Assembly: GCA_965153355.1 (NCBI GenBank)
Contig: OZ231126.1
Coordinates: forward strand, 48,546,001-48,610,000
DNA: 64,000 nucleotides
Source of the DNA: Flaccisagitta enflata
Lineage: Eukaryota
Reading direction: 5' to 3'
Shown: positions 1 through 20,400 of the stretch, piece after piece
Layout of the letters: each line of letters opens with the position of its first letter
Position numbering within the stretch: the stretch's first letter is position 1
Program-made: the position numbers and the translations under genes
The notes under the pieces: model-generated
Databases searched by the model: none
What the model was told of the DNA's origin: nothing
Seen by the model: only the letters and a program-made list of their open reading frames with translations

Positions 1-276
1 TTTTCAATTTCTCATCAATTTGCCATGTTATTCAATGAAAATTTCACATTTTTTTCATGTGTCATCAATTTTCCATGTTATTCAATGGGAATTTGAAGCT
101 TAAGAAGCTTGTGGGGGGACTAAATGTCACATGTACATAATGGTTCACCCCTGTGTCCTACAGGACATCGGCCCTTTGGGGTCGCTGCCCAAAAAGGAAA
201 GAAAGGAAGAAAAGACGATAGAAAGAAAGGAAAAAAGGAAGAAAGAAAAAAAAGAAGAGTAAATACAGGGCTGGGG

Positions 277-335
<59 letters not shown>

Positions 336-595
336 AGGCAAACAAAAGCTAATCATATTGAAAAAGGCTTACTGAAAGGGTAGCTGAATGTTTCAATCAT
401 TAGAATCAAGATCGATAGAAGATAGCTAAATAACATCAATATAAACGGGCGGATCGACGAGATGGTCGACCTACTCAACCTACCGAAAATGGCTCTTAAT
501 ATTTAGTCACGTTCTATAAATCAAATGTGCCTGCGCATACTCTATCTCTAAGGGTCATTGTAAGTTCGAAAAAAAAATAAACGAATTTTGTCATG

Positions 596-774
596 AACAA
601 GGCCGGATACACGGCTACCCCAGTCGCGTGCGGATGGGCAGGGGCCGTAATTGAGGTCACCAGATCATTTGGGCAGGGGCAGTGAAGCCAAAAACCGCAA
701 AGACTCAAAAAAGTAAAGTGTGACGGACGGACCGACAAAGCAGGGTGTAGAGTCGCGTGACATGCGACTAAAAA
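596..774 (-). mobile_element. Non-autonomous Helentron-like (HINE/DINE-1-like) element, family B
   Basis: T-run + AGTCGCGTGCACGCGACT-type hairpin, GTCC/GTCG microsatellite, inverted subterminal CACGCGACT, 3' stem-loop GCCGTGTATCCGGC, terminal CTTGTT. Near-identical copies at 26144-26347 and 48534-48715. Confidence 0.65.
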
Positions 775-939
775 CATACAAAAACAATGTATCAAACGAT
801 GAACTTTTATTCTATCTAGTTCAAAAGTATCAAGTATACAAGAAAATATTTTCAATGTCAAAGTTTGGTTTTAAATATTCAAAAACATTTCTACTTTACA
901 ACGTGTCCTATTTATGACTTTTATGTGGCATTTCCTCAG

Positions 940-7064
<6,125 letters not shown>

Positions 7065-7065
7065 T

Positions 7066-7183
7066 TAGGGATGTGGAAGCGATTGACCGCTTCCAATTTA
7101 GAGGATGGGATAGCTACTAGTATTTGAACTGTAAAATGGAAGCGGAAGAAGCGGCTTTAAAATTGACCGCTTCCACATCCCTA
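7066..7183. mobile_element. hAT-like MITE
   Basis: TIR TAGGGATGTGGAAGCG / CGCTTCCACATCCCTA; perfect 8-bp TSD GTTATAAT (7058-7065, 7184-7191). Confidence 0.85.
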
Positions 7184-7569
7184 GTTATAATACTCAAAAT
7201 TTAGATTTTCTTTGTAGGAAACTGCCATTCATCTGGTCGTGTTCAACTGAGCCAGTTAAACTTAATTTCGCCTTACTGCTTTTGCAGAATTAAGTACAAT
7301 TTCTATGCTAAAAAAAATATTGTCTTAATTGATAGAGATTGACCTTAGATCCGGAATCTGAGTCCTTATGAATTTTCCGATTTCTCTTTTAAATGCGGCC
7401 GGTCCAGAGGGACTAACGGCATGAGCTTGAGATCTAATTAATCAGCCTTAATTTGGTCCTGAAAGATACCTTGGTGTATGCACATAACTCTGTTGATCTC
7501 ATCAACCAAAATTTTGAATGTCTTAGGGGCCCCCTAAGAGCCCCAAAAAAAGCCCTTAATGAGGATTTT

Positions 7570-7972
7570 TTTCTGAAAAAAAAGTGGGGTGCAATCGATA
7601 GGAAATTGTTTGATTCGCCTAGATCCAAAATCTTGTTTTTTCACTTTTTTCAAAAAAACTTAGAAAATTTTTGTGTCACGCGTTGAGGACTTTGAAAAAA
7701 AATCACAAAATATTTTTTTGAAAAATGTTTTTTAAAAGTGGGGTGCAATCAATAGGAAATTGTCTGATTTGCCTAGATCCAAAATCTTGTATTTTCATTT
7801 TTTTTTTCAAAAAACTTAGAAAATTTTTGTGTCGCGCGTTAGGGACTTTGAAAAAAAATCACAAAATATTTTTTTTAAAAATGGTTTTTAAAAGTAGGGT
7901 GCAATCAATAGGAAATTGTTTGATTTGCCTAGATCCAAAATCCTGTAACTTTACTTTTTTTTCAAAAAACTT
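7570..7972 (+). repeat. ~155-bp tandem repeat, about 2.5 copies
   Basis: GGGGTGCAATCAATAGGAAATTG...CCTAGATCCAAAATC recurs at about 7586, 7740 and 7897. Confidence 0.75.
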
Positions 7973-8616
7973 GGACTCTGTTAAAATTCACTGCCGGCCA
8001 TATTTTCAAAGAAAGTTTAAAGATTCTCCTGGAACTTTTTCAGTTTGATATGGTTCAAACAAATGCTCATAACTTCTTAAGTATTTGAGCCAGAACCTTG
8101 AAATTTGAAACGTGCATTATTGAAAGCGCTGAGCAGGTCCATGCAAAAGATTGAGCTACTGACTGACCTAGGAAAACTTTCGAGTCTAAGTCTATAATTG
8201 AGGGTGACCTTTAATCACGAAAAAATAACGTCTAAATTTTTTTTTCTTTATTTGCTGATTCTCCTGCCCGTTATTTGACCTTTTCGAAACTATTCCGTCC
8301 ACATAACTGATTTATTTGTTTTGTTGAATGGACAACTTGTGCAATTGGCTAAAAGTTCCGTAATTAAAACCTTTCTGTTTTGAGAAGAGTTGGTTTCAAA
8401 GATGTCCGACAACTGGGGAAATCAACTGACTTTCAGGTCATGAGAAGATAGGCTTAAGACCTTGCATAACGTTAGATCTATGTCGCACTGTCGCAGTCAA
8501 GATCAGACGGCTTGATAAAAGCGTGATGAAAGCACGATGAAAGAAAAGCTTCTTAAAAGGTGGAAGTAGAAACCTCAAGTAGTGAACTCAGTGGTTAAAG
8601 AAAAAGAAAGTTCGCT

Positions 8617-11376
8617 ATGCCAGAGGCAGTACAGGTGAGATAGTACTATTCGAGAAATTGCAAGAAAGCCCCAAAGTATAACATACTGAGTTGTTTTCAT
8701 TATTCCTAAGGATAGTGGTGTGGTGTCCGGATTAAACACCATTTAGACATTGAGAGCTCCGGAGGCTTTATTTAGGTTAGGTAGTAAAGTTGTCCATTAT
8801 ACATAAAACGAAACCTGAACAATTTTTTCCGACATCCGAAAAAATCGCATTCCTCATTCTTTAATTAGGCAGCGCCGTGGGTTTTCTACGGATCACTAGC
8901 TTTGATTGTGTTGATCCCATTTATGTTCCGAACGACGGCGGTCTTTGTCGTCAACTTGATAGGTAATTAGTAATATCATACAGAAGCTTATCCTGGCATG
9001 ACATGGTGCTGATGAGAGAGAAAGAGAGAAAGAGAGAAAAAAAGAAAGCGAGAGAAAAGGTCAAGACTAGAAGACCAAAAGTTAAATGTAAATTGTCTTG
9101 AAATAACTTAAAATGACATAAAATTACCTCGAAAAAAAAGCTAAGCATGACGGACCGACGGACAGAGCGGGTCATAGAGTCGCGTGCACGCGACTAAAAA
9201 CACCATTCAGATGGACAGTAACTTCATTGGTCGGGTCCATATAATAACAGGTCGCCCAAGGGCAGTATGTGGCCAGCGATACCCGTTGCCCTGCTTTAAA
9301 TGATTGTGAATTGGAGGGAGAAGAAGCAGGGCAGCGGTCCCGAAGAGGACATAGTCCTGTAGAACACCGGGGGACTTTCGTTCGCCCTGCCTGAAGAAGT
9401 GGACGAGATGCTGTAGAGAGCTGACTGAAGACCTTCAAGAGCCTAAACTGAGGTCTAAGAAGGCTGAAATAAGGCCTGAGAATGCCAATTGGAAGCTTGA
9501 GAGGGCAGACTTGAGGCTTGGGAGAGCTGGATTAAGGCTTGAAATCAGAGGACTGATTTGAAGCCTGAGAGCAATAAATTGAGGCTTAGATGGCTGATCT
9601 GAGAGGCTTAATTTGAGGACTGAGAGGCCAGGTTTGAGGCCTAAGAATTCGGATTTGAGGCCTGAGAGGCCTAATTTGAGGCCTGAGGCCTGATAGGTTG
9701 GATTTGAGGCCTAAGAGGTTGGATTTGAGGCCCGAGAGGTTGGATTTGAGGCCCAAGAGGCGGGATTTGAGGCCTAAGAGGCCAGATTGAAAGCCTGAGG
9801 GGCCTGATGAGGGGTAGACGGACTAACGAACAGATGGACGAACGGACAAACGGAAGTCCCCCTGTGTTCTACAGGACTTTGTCCCCTTTGGGGCCGCTGC
9901 CCAAAAAAGCAGGCCTGTATATAGTTATAGTGGTCAGCGATACCTGTTGCCCTGCTTTGCATGATTTTGAATTGCAGTGAGAGGAAGCAGGGCAGCGGCC
10001 CTAAAGGGGAACGAAGTCCTGTAGAACACAGGGGGACTTTCGTTAGTCCATCTGTCCATCCGTCCACCCCCAGGCCCTCTCAGGCCTGAAATCTGCCCTC
10101 TCAGGCCTGAACTATGCCCTCTCAGCCCTGAAATTTGCCCTCTCAGGACTTGAATCTGAGTATGTGGATTTAAGGCCTGAGAGGACAGATTTCAGGGCCT
10201 GAGAGGTTAGATTTCAGGCCTGAGAAGGCAGATTCAAGGCCTGGGAGGGCAGATATCAGGCCTGAGAGGGCAGATATCAGACCTGAGAGGGCAGATTCAA
10301 GACTTGAGAGGGCAGATTTCAGGGCTGAGAGGGCAATTTCAGGTCTGAGAGAACAGAATGGACGGACGGTTGAACGAAGGTCCCCCTGTGTTCCACAGGA
10401 CTTTGTCCCTTTCGGGGCCGCTGCCCAAAAAGAGAAAAAAAAGAAAATTTTGGGAAAATATAACTTTTGGCAGTACCAAGTCATAAAAACTTAATAGTAA
10501 AACACAATTTTACACTATTTTATTCTTAATTACACTGTTTTATTGCTTTATGGGGATAAAAACCATAGATTTTAAAATGCGACGCTGGGAAGAAAATCAA
10601 AAGGGGGGGGGAATCAAAAGCGACTCAATTGTATACATCCCTGTAAAAATGATAGAAGGAAAAGGAGATAGAAATAACAACTTACTAAGACCATGGGAAT
10701 GAGAGTGAATCGGACTCTCGTCAATCGTCATTTAACCGCGACAAATAACCCCGACTACAGGGTTTATATATCCGACGTTTGCGTCAGCCGTCGCCATCTA
10801 CAAGAATGACGATCCCCTTGTCGGCCAGTGGCTCATTTACTGGATTATTTACGCCATCTTCCTGGTTTTTCAGAGAGCATTTGGTATGTCTAACTTGTCT
10901 ACAGGTTTAGATGAAAAATCAGTGAAATCACGAAAAAAAGTTTAACACATCGCCTCAATTGTGCTCTTAGTACAGAAGTTGTTGTATAAATTTGGAGACG
11001 GGGAGCTCATGTCTACTAAACTAATTATGCAAATGAAATGGTAAATGTGTAAAATTTAGTTATGCTTTTGTTTAAAAGGGTTGACGGTTATAAGATAAAT
11101 AGGGTTCTGTTTGAAATAAGTAGAATAACTTATCACTGGCAAATAGATATTGGGAATTCTGAAAGAAATACTTCGACTGAATTTGTCACTGATTCAGGAA
11201 TCGTTCTCAACAAGATTCCCTTTTTTCCGTTGTTCAACGCGCTTTTCCTCATTGCCCTGATGCATTATCCGATCGGAGGTGACTGAATAGTGTAGATTTG
11301 CATGAGGGATGATGATGATGAATGATTGACTGCTACTGGGATGGTGATGATGAAAGATAAGACTGCTATTACTGCT

Positions 11377-11407
<31 letters not shown>

Positions 11408-11408
11408 T

Positions 11409-11472
<64 letters not shown>

Positions 11473-14400
11473 ACACACACACACATACACACACACACAA
11501 ACACACACACACACACACACACACAGACGCGTAGATCATGGGGTAGCGCCGCGCTACTCGGCAAGTTAGAAGCTTTGTCGGCATCTTACTGTAGAAGAGG
11601 AAGAAAAGAGAAGAAACAAAGAAGAAAGCAGAATGAAGAGAGAAGAAAGAAGAAAAAAAGAATAAATGAATAAATGAATAGATGAATGATTGAAACAACA
11701 AAAGAAAGACACAAAGAACGCTTTTTATCATGCTTTTTATCAGATTAACTCATTGCTCTATGACAACCTTTGAACATATTGCTTGAAAACAAATGGAAGA
11801 TACTAATATAATCTTCTTGCTATTTTCGCAACAATTGACCTGAGTACCTGGGATCGCTTTCAACTGGGCAAATAGAATCTGTAGTTTTAAGTTTTGCCAC
11901 TAAAAATTTGAGAATTATTAATCAAAATCAACCAGGGAATGTAAGCTAATAAAAACAGCTTGAAAAAAACCGTTTTTCTTATCGGGTTTTATTGGGGTTT
12001 TTTTTAAAGAAATTTTGAAAAAACCGACAAAAATGTTTGTTTTTCAAAATTTTGCCCCAAAAGAAGTCCCGCATGTGACCAAAATCTAGGCTTTCATTAA
12101 AAGCTGTAATTCCCACCTTTACAGAACATTCAGAGTAATATTCTTTATCTTCATATCATAATCATACTCAATTTAGCTTTCAAACGCATTCTTACAACAT
12201 TTTAAGAAGAATTATTTTCCAGTGTATATATTGGTCGGTCTGTCTGTTGATGCATCCATACATTGCATATGCCTTGAAATGCTTTTTTTGATGCTGTGAT
12301 GGACAACTAACCAATAACTTTGATCTGACCCTATGACCAACAAGGCCGGATACGCGGCCAATCCGTAGTCGCTGCTGGTGGGCAGGGGCAGTAATGCGGG
12401 TGCGCAGGGGCAGTACGTGAGTGGGCGGGGGCTGTATTGACGCCAGGCAGGAGCTGTGATGGTCAGAAATCCGTTTTTCAGTCGATTTCGCGTCATCGAA
12501 ATTTTAGTGTGACAGACAGACAGACGGACCTACTTAGGGACACACCCTCTAGAGTCGCTAGGCAGCGACTAAAAACTGACAACCGCAGTTGTGGAGTTGT
12601 CTTCCGAACTCCATTGTATTTCCGCCAATAACCTGGGGTGCATGATTTACGTCACGTGCACAACTGTGGTTAATTCAATTTTTTTTTTCAAAATTCAATT
12701 TTTTTAAGATTTATTTTTTTTTTAAATTGGTTTTGTATATATCAAAACTGGTAAAATATCTTGGATCCATATCAATTATTGAAGCTGAGATCTTGGAAAT
12801 CAACTACTTACTAATGAAGTTTTTCATGTCCAATCACTTCTAGAAAATAAAGTTCAGTTTCAGTCAGCAAATAGGCTCAATACCCTCAACAGCTCACAAA
12901 CACCATAACCTCATAGCAATCCTTCAGAATACTTTAAAATAGTATACACACGTACATTAAGGTTAAGAAAGGTTATTTGTAAGTAATGCGCAATTGAGTT
13001 TTGAAAAAGACCAGGCTTTGAAAAAAACCCTGATAAAAGCCAGCTTTTTTAAATAAACCGGTTTTTTTGTTTGTTTTTTTTTTCAAAATTTTGTTTTTTT
13101 TACATTCCCTGAAATCAACCTTTTTGAATTTTTGATGATCATTCGAGACTAATCCCAATGTATTATATCAATTTGTTTGGAAATAACACGCTGACTTGAA
13201 TATTTGCCACCAAAAATTAGGTGTGTAAAATAATTTAACTACTAACATCGTAGATTTGTCAAGTGGCTATATATCTAGCAACAGCCATAGTAGATTTATC
13301 AGCTCAAAACTGAAATTGGGCATTGGAACTAAATAGAAGTCTATCAAAGAAATCTTAAACAGTTTTTGCTGATAATTTTTTCAAGCTATAAAGTTTTACA
13401 ACATTCCAACTTTGGGCGGTAAATGAGTGTATGTGTGTTCGTGTGTCTGTGCCTGCATGCGTGTGCACAGAGGCGTATCAGACGGGGCGTCAGGGGCAGC
13501 AGCTGCTGCCCCTGTCGGACACAAATGCCTGAGCAAAAAATAAGAATTAAAACAAGAATTTCACATATTCATTATCATATTTGTTACAATTTTAGTGTTT
13601 TTTCATCTATTTATATAGTAAACAACGCCATTGAGTTTGATTAGCTAGATTAGTGGCTCAATTACTTATATAAATACCTCATACTTTAATTTGATATAAA
13701 TAAAAGGGAAATCTTACCAATTATTTTGTTGGGACACAAAATTCATTGGAACACATATAAGGGCTTGCGTGTGCATATGTGTTTGATTGTACATGCATGG
13801 GTGCATGTGTGTGCCATAGCAGAAAGTGTGTGCCATAGCAGAAAGGTGATGAAAGCAGATATCAGGGGAAACAAGGCCAACACCTATAAGTCGCGTGCGA
13901 GATTTACAGGGTAAAAATGACTTAGAATGACTTAGAATGACTTAGAATGACTAAGAATGACTTAAAATGACTTAAAATGTCCAAAAAGGACATAAAATGA
14001 CTAGAAAACCTAATGACCAAAAATGACCTAAAATAACTTATAATGACTTAGAATGACTCAAAATGACTTAGAATAACTGTTAATGACTAAAAAAGACCTA
14101 AAATTACCTCAGAGTTGACATTATATTACAAAAAAAGTAAAGTGTGACGGACGGATGGACGGACGGACCGACGGACCGACGGACGGACAAAGCGGGGTGT
14201 AGAGTCGCGTGCACGCGACTAAATATAAGCTAATCGGCCGCTTGGAAGAAAATTCACGCCCGGAGAGAGAAAGAGACACACAAACGCACGGCCAAACAAA
14301 AAGACTGACAAATACACGCATATTCTCAGAGAAAGAGAAAGACACACACACAAACACACACACACACGGATAGTGAGTGAAGCGAGCCGACAAGCCAAAC

Positions 14401-15669
14401 TGCCCTACCCACCATGTTTTTTTTCCACTGTCTCAACAAGAACACTCCACCTTGGCGAAATACTTGTATTGGAAGTTTTTGGCCAAATATTTTGGCAAAG
14501 CGGCGTCGAACGCCAACGATGCTCTAGTCGAGGCTGCCGGCGAAATGAAGAATGACCCTCAAGGTAAGGGCCTGCGCGATTGACATTACTGGCTCAAACG
14601 ATTTTCTCTCGGCCTATGATGAGTTTGATGGTTAATACATGATCGATGGACCCGCTAAAGACGAAAACACGCCTATTAAATTCCGAGAAGTTTGATACAT
14701 CACACTAAATACCTTTTAACATTGTATCATAATGAAATTATAAATCAATAAAACAATTTATTCTTTTAAAAAAGTTTTTAGTGATATATGTCGGACTTCT
14801 CAGTATTTTATCAGAAATAAGAATCTGCTAGTCATACTCTAGTTTGTGAAAGATGAATTTTAACCAATTTTACAAGATCATAGCCAGCAGCACTTCTTAC
14901 AACCAGTTAATGCATACAATATTACTCATTACCAATACCAACATTTGATATTCACACCAATAGTATTTTTTCAGTAAAGTTTTGAATGAATGTGATTTTT
15001 TTCGTAGGATTTGCGGATCAACTTATGAATGGCAACGAAAACAAGTGAGACCGAGTAACGACTAATAAGCATCCATATTCCAATCTAAACTGCGGGGTAT
15101 ATTTGTATGATACTCTTTCGAACAATAAAATTTGCAAATCGATCCACGAAACAAGAATACGCAAATCGCTCAAAAAGCTAATTGTCTCAGACAGGCGACC
15201 AGACCGACCGACTGACATAATTGTACAAACTTCAATTGGTAAGACGTCACTTTTCGTGTCAGAAAAAGGACGACTGAGGATGATACGCGGAACGACAATT
15301 TCCTCGAACGGGGGTCTAATTCAACGAGTGCGACGCTTCAGTCGGCTTTAGACTCGGCAGCCGATGCGGCGGCCGATGCCGCAGCGGCGGCGCAAGCCCC
15401 GTCTGACGTCGTGAGGAGGCTGAATTCGATCGCGGAATCGGCACGGCAAGAACCCGAGAAAGAAGTAGAATCGAAGGAGACGAGTGAAATCATGGAGGAG
15501 CCGTCATCATCTGCAAATCAGCGGGAAAGTGGCAGTGACCTCGAATTCGCGGCGGATCCAAGAAGCAGCGAAACTGTGGACAGTAACAACAACAGTAACG
15601 CCAAGGCCGAGAAAACTACCACCCACGACCAGCCGCACGTGCCATCCTTCGAGTTAGTGCGAGAAAAAT

Positions 15670-15761
<92 letters not shown>

Positions 15762-16032
15762 TAATATTATGTCAATAGACAGAAAACGTAGAGCAAATAG
15801 AGGGACGCAGATAAAGCAAGAGAAGTTGTTTAACGTGCCAATTGGTCTAGTCTATCTCTGCACATTTATCCCTGTTCTCGTCAGACAAATGTCGCGCTTG
15901 AACGTCGACGGCTACAGAAGAAGAGCCGGGGATCAAAACGCCGAAAAGCTGAGATCTAGCCAGGAAGTACTGCATCTCAGTCAATCCGAGGAGGACGTTG
16001 ATGTCGATGTCGAAGACAAAAAGGACATTTAG
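8617..16032 (+). CDS. REEP/DP1/Yop1 (TB2/DP1/HVA22) family membrane-shaping protein, ~337 aa; exons 8617-8634, 8869-8962, 10761-10883, 11198-11278, 14441-14563, 15008-15044, 15263-15652, 15885-16032
   Basis: Spliced translation reads ...FVVNLIG|FIYPTFASAVAIYKNDDPLVGQWLIYWIIYAIFLVFQRAF|GIVLNKIPFFPLFNALFLIALMHYPIG|EHSTLAKYLYWKFLAKYF. This matches the family pattern NLIG-FxYPAYxS...QWLxYWVV...PFY...FL. All 7 intron phases are compatible (1014 nt total). The ATG at 8617 has an in-frame stop just upstream. Confidence 0.82.
9245..10430 (-). mobile_element. Two adjacent family A elements (about 9245-9908 and 9930-10430) in a REEP intron
   Basis: Reverse complement of the family A termini and the 21-bp repeat arrays. 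Confidence 0.6.
11933..13111. mobile_element. Non-autonomous hAT-like element (contains a nested HINE-like copy at about 12338-12575)
   Basis: TIR CAGGGAATGTAA / TTACATTCCCTG; perfect 8-bp TSD AAATCAAC. Confidence 0.85.
13870..14223 (-). mobile_element. HINE-like element, family C, short AATGACTTAG array
   Basis: Same termini as 23459-25269, with ~200 bp of 10-mer repeats. Confidence 0.65.
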
Positions 16033-17462
16033 TCATGAGTATCACCGATCCGTGAAGAAGAAACACTCAATTTGGGGATTCCGACATTTTAACTACGTAG
16101 GGTTCATTTTTTAGATACGTCCTCGCATCTCAGGAAGGAGCTTGGTCCGACGGTCAATCCGTTGGTCTGTGGCTTTTATCTGTGTGGGTAAAATCAAGTA
16201 GGCATAGGATCTCTCTCTCCCACGAGCTCGGTTGGAAAAAAATGATCCTTCTGTAGGTCTTGTTGTGTTTCGTGGTTGACTTGAAATGCTCACAGAAAAA
16301 AAGGAATATACGAGTTTTAAAATGCCTGTTTCTTAGCTCTTAGTATTCTTGGTAAGCCATAGGATTGAGCCCAGTGAGGTTGGACAGGGGCAGCAGTACT
16401 CCAGAGCGCTATTATGACCCATTTTGCGTCATAAAAAATTCCCATGCTTGCAGACAAGCAGATTTACCCACCGACGGACACACCTTTTTTATTGAGTCGG
16501 TTTGCAATTGTCCTAAAAACGCCGATGTTTTGTTGGTCCGTCGGTACCCTTTTAACAATTCAGACCTGTATATTCTGCTTTCCTTTCGAGTAGCAGGATT
16601 TGCCCACTCAAACCTTCCGACTTATCTATAACCATCACTGTTTCCAGAAATGAAAGACTTAAGCCATTCTTTTTTATCACATCAGTAAAGCGTACACCTT
16701 CTTGTGTAATAGTAAATAACAGTATCATATTGACTTTTTTCTTCATCCAATCTGTCCATCTTTTTATCTGTCTGTTTGCCCAACTGTGTCAGTCTATTTC
16801 CCTGTCTTATCTTTTAGTTGTGGACACGCAACTCCATAAGAGGCTTTGTTGGAAAAAATTTCTAAGACGATACAGATCTTTTGTTTCTTTCGGGTTTCCC
16901 CGCTTGGGCGAAGCTTTAATTCAAGTAGATTCGGGTTGAAATGTATAAGACCCAGCCCTCACCTAGCCCTAACGCTAGCCCTAACCCTAACCCTAAAACT
17001 ACCCCCAACTCCAACCTTAACCCTAACCCTACCCCAAACCCTAAATAAAAAAACCGCTTAGAAAGTCAGTAAAACAAAAGACATCACCGACTTCGAAAAC
17101 AGTACCGCTTTGTCTATATGTCTGTCCATCCGTCAGTTTGTCACGCTTGAGTTGAAAACGCAAAAAAACATATATAAAGCTGCAGATGGTATTGTTTTTA
17201 TGTGAGTATGGTGGAGGGGGGTTTGGGGAGTGCTTGGGATGAGGCTGGGGGCCTGTCTGCAACAATATTGTGACCCTGCCTCACTTGTTCCACTTCTCAT
17301 TATTTTTTTTTCTTCTTCTTCCTCTTTGCTGCTTTTTCTTCTTGGCTTTTTCTTCTTGGCTTTTTTCCTTCTTCTTCTTCTTCTTCTTCTTCTTCTTCTT
17401 CTTCTTCTTCTTCTTCTTCTTCTTCTTCTTTTTTCTTTTCTTTTCCTACCTTATCTTTTTGT

Positions 17463-17493
<31 letters not shown>

Positions 17494-20400
17494 TCTTCTT
17501 CTTCTCTCAAAATTTCCGAGATACCTCCTGATCTTCCGAGTAGCGGCGCTACTCGCTACTACAGAATGTACAGGTCTGATTTTCAACATTATTGTTTTTT
17601 TTGTTTGTTTGTTTTTTTTTGCAAGTCAACCAAGGGCTAGAAACTTTTTTAATTTGTTTGAACAAGTGACGCGGGGTCACAATATCCTTGCGAACGGGTG
17701 TGCAGGGGCATCCAACTCCATACCCTAACCCAAACACTCAAACATTCACAAAAAGCTTCCTCAACGCTCGTCTTTCCTCTTTTCAACATGTTGACCCTGG
17801 ACGGACAAAGCCTCTTATAGAGTTGCGTGTCCGCAACTGAAAATGAGAAGAAGCGAGTTAAAATGAGTCAATATGGATGAAAATGGCAGCCTCATTACAA
17901 ATCAAATTTGCTTTCAGCCGCGGATTCACTACTACAGAAGAGGCTTTGTCCATCCGTCCATTGGTCCAACTCTGTCCGGCTATGATGAACGAGTTGAAAC
18001 ATAAAACACCATTGAAAGCCTTGCATTGAAAGCTTGCAAGACTTTCATCCTTTGTAAATTGTAGAATACTGGCCTCCTTTTTTAAGGGCAATGTTTCAAC
18101 TTTCATAAGGCAAAACAGCCAATTCTTTCATTTACCATCTATATCTACTAACTAGACAAGTATTGACTGACTTGACTTTCTAGTTTGATCATTGTAGATT
18201 CAATGATTATTTTATGTCCCTTAATCCTGCAGCACTTCCTTGTGATAGATTTTAAAACTTTTAGGCTAAAGTTCGTTATAACGTACTGATTTAAATTTAC
18301 TATGTAATTGCCACCCCCCACCCTAACATGGAGGGGTGGCCTAGAAATGACGTGAAACCATGGAGTGGCCTGGGTGGCTCTAGGGGTGGCCGGGGTGGCA
18401 CTTGGGGTGGCCAGGGTGGCAATAAGGGCGGGCTGCACCTACTCTCTCTAGCTCAGGTTCGATTCTCTACATGGTCTCTCTTTCCGACGTTCTACTCAAA
18501 TAACCTCATCAATCCTTTCGGCATCAACAATTGAGTACCACACGCCAGCCCAGTGGAGTTGCTCTTTCATTCTGCTTGTAAAGAGTACCTCACCTAGTGC
18601 TAGATCCTAGAATCGTTAATCATGTTTATTGCTATGGCATGATTGCTGTTGTAGATTGCCCCGCGTATGTGACGTTGACTTCGATAACCCGAATTCATTG
18701 GAATTTTATGGTTTACGTGTCAATCTCGCGTTTACTAAGTCTAAGAGGTTTTCTCAGGAAGCTAACTCAGTCCTTCACTCATTCATTCATTCATTCTTTC
18801 ATTCTTTCCTTCATTCCTTCATTCATTCCTTCATTCATTCCTTCATTCATTCATTCCTTCATTCATTCCTTCATTCATTCATCTGTTCTTAATCTGTGAG
18901 GCATTTGTAATAATTCTGTGAAATGCATTAAAGTTTTCAGAAGGATCAACCGTCTGTACTATGTCGCTTCACCTCTCGCGCTCCTCGGTGATACGGACAA
19001 CAACGACGACGCAGATCCTCCGATTCTTTCCTTCAACCCACGAAGAATATTGCCGCCGGCGATTTTGAGGCCGACTGTGCGTCTTACCACCTTACTCAAA
19101 TCGACTTTGATTTTCCAATTCCGTTTGCCGTAGTCGGCAACGTTGGCCTCCGTCGGCAACATCGCGGTCGCTACAAAGTAAGAACACCGAGGCTCCTTAT
19201 AAATCGAAAAGCGAGTAATCCCTCAGTTGACCCTTGTCATCTGTCTCATCCCTTACTTTGTCCTCTGATTAACCAACCGTTAGTTTTGTTGCACCTCATA
19301 AAATTGTGTCTTGTTATTGGCTATCGCTAGTTGCATTGTATTTGCCAATCCTTTATATTCGTTCGCTCACGTTGTCGCTTTGTAGTCACTCCAACCCTCG
19401 TTCATGTCATTATGCATTAGATTCATGAGTTCGATTTGAATTGTATTTTATTTATGTCAGTCGTGCTTGAGTGGTATTCAAGTTTGTCGTTTTAACTTAT
19501 GTTTGTCCCTCGCTTTTCTCTTTTAATCGTTCAGCATCAACGGTGTTTTATGGTTGCAAATACATGCGACCCGCTCCCCGTCGCTCATTCCCCACTTCAT
19601 TTCAACGGCGGCGGCGCCGACGGCAGCTGCCGCGGCGTTGTCAGCGGCGGCATTGTCAGCGGCGGCATTGTCGTTGTTGTTGGTGGCGTCTTCCGCGGCG
19701 TTGGAAGCGGCGGCGTTGTTGCTGTCGTCGTTGTTGTTGCTGGTGGTAGTTGCAGTGGCGTTGACAGCAGCGGCGCCGTCCTCGTCGTTGTTGTAGCTGA
19801 TGTGGTCGCAGCGGTGCCAACGGCGGTGGCTCTTCCGTCTCTTTTGGCAGTCTCGGCTTTGGAATCAGCATATCCAACGGTGACTTATCTGGCATCTCGA
19901 TCGCATAGTGTGATGATGGGTATTCATCGTTGTTGATGTTGGCCCATAAGTCGTCTTCGGTCGCGTAAGTCTTAGCTTCTCGTTTCGGTTTCTTCGTTGT
20001 CGGCATCGTTGTCACTCGCGTCACCATCAGACGGATATCCTTCGAAAACCGGGTCCATCGTCCGGAATTGATTTCTCTCGGCTTTGGCGGCTTCCTTCGT
20101 AGCTCGCAATCGTAAGACTTTTTCCGACATTTCCGTGATTCCGACGCTGTACGTTCCTTCGTCGTACTTCCTTTCCCTTGTTGTCTGTCTCATCCCTTAC
20201 TTTATCCTCTGACTTGCAAACCGTTAGTTTTGTCGTACCTCATAAAATCGTGTACTATTATTGGCTATCGCTAATTGCATTGTATATGCAATTCCTTTGT
20301 GTTCATCATATGTTGTCGCTTTGTAGTCGTCTTCAACCCTCATCCAGGAACAATGGTAAATTATTTGTCATTACAGTCGTATTTGAATTAAATCTGAATC

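Noticed and set aside
17230-17728. Hydrophobic poly-Leu/poly-Phe ORFs
   Set aside because: They are translations of a (CTT)n microsatellite and T-rich tract.
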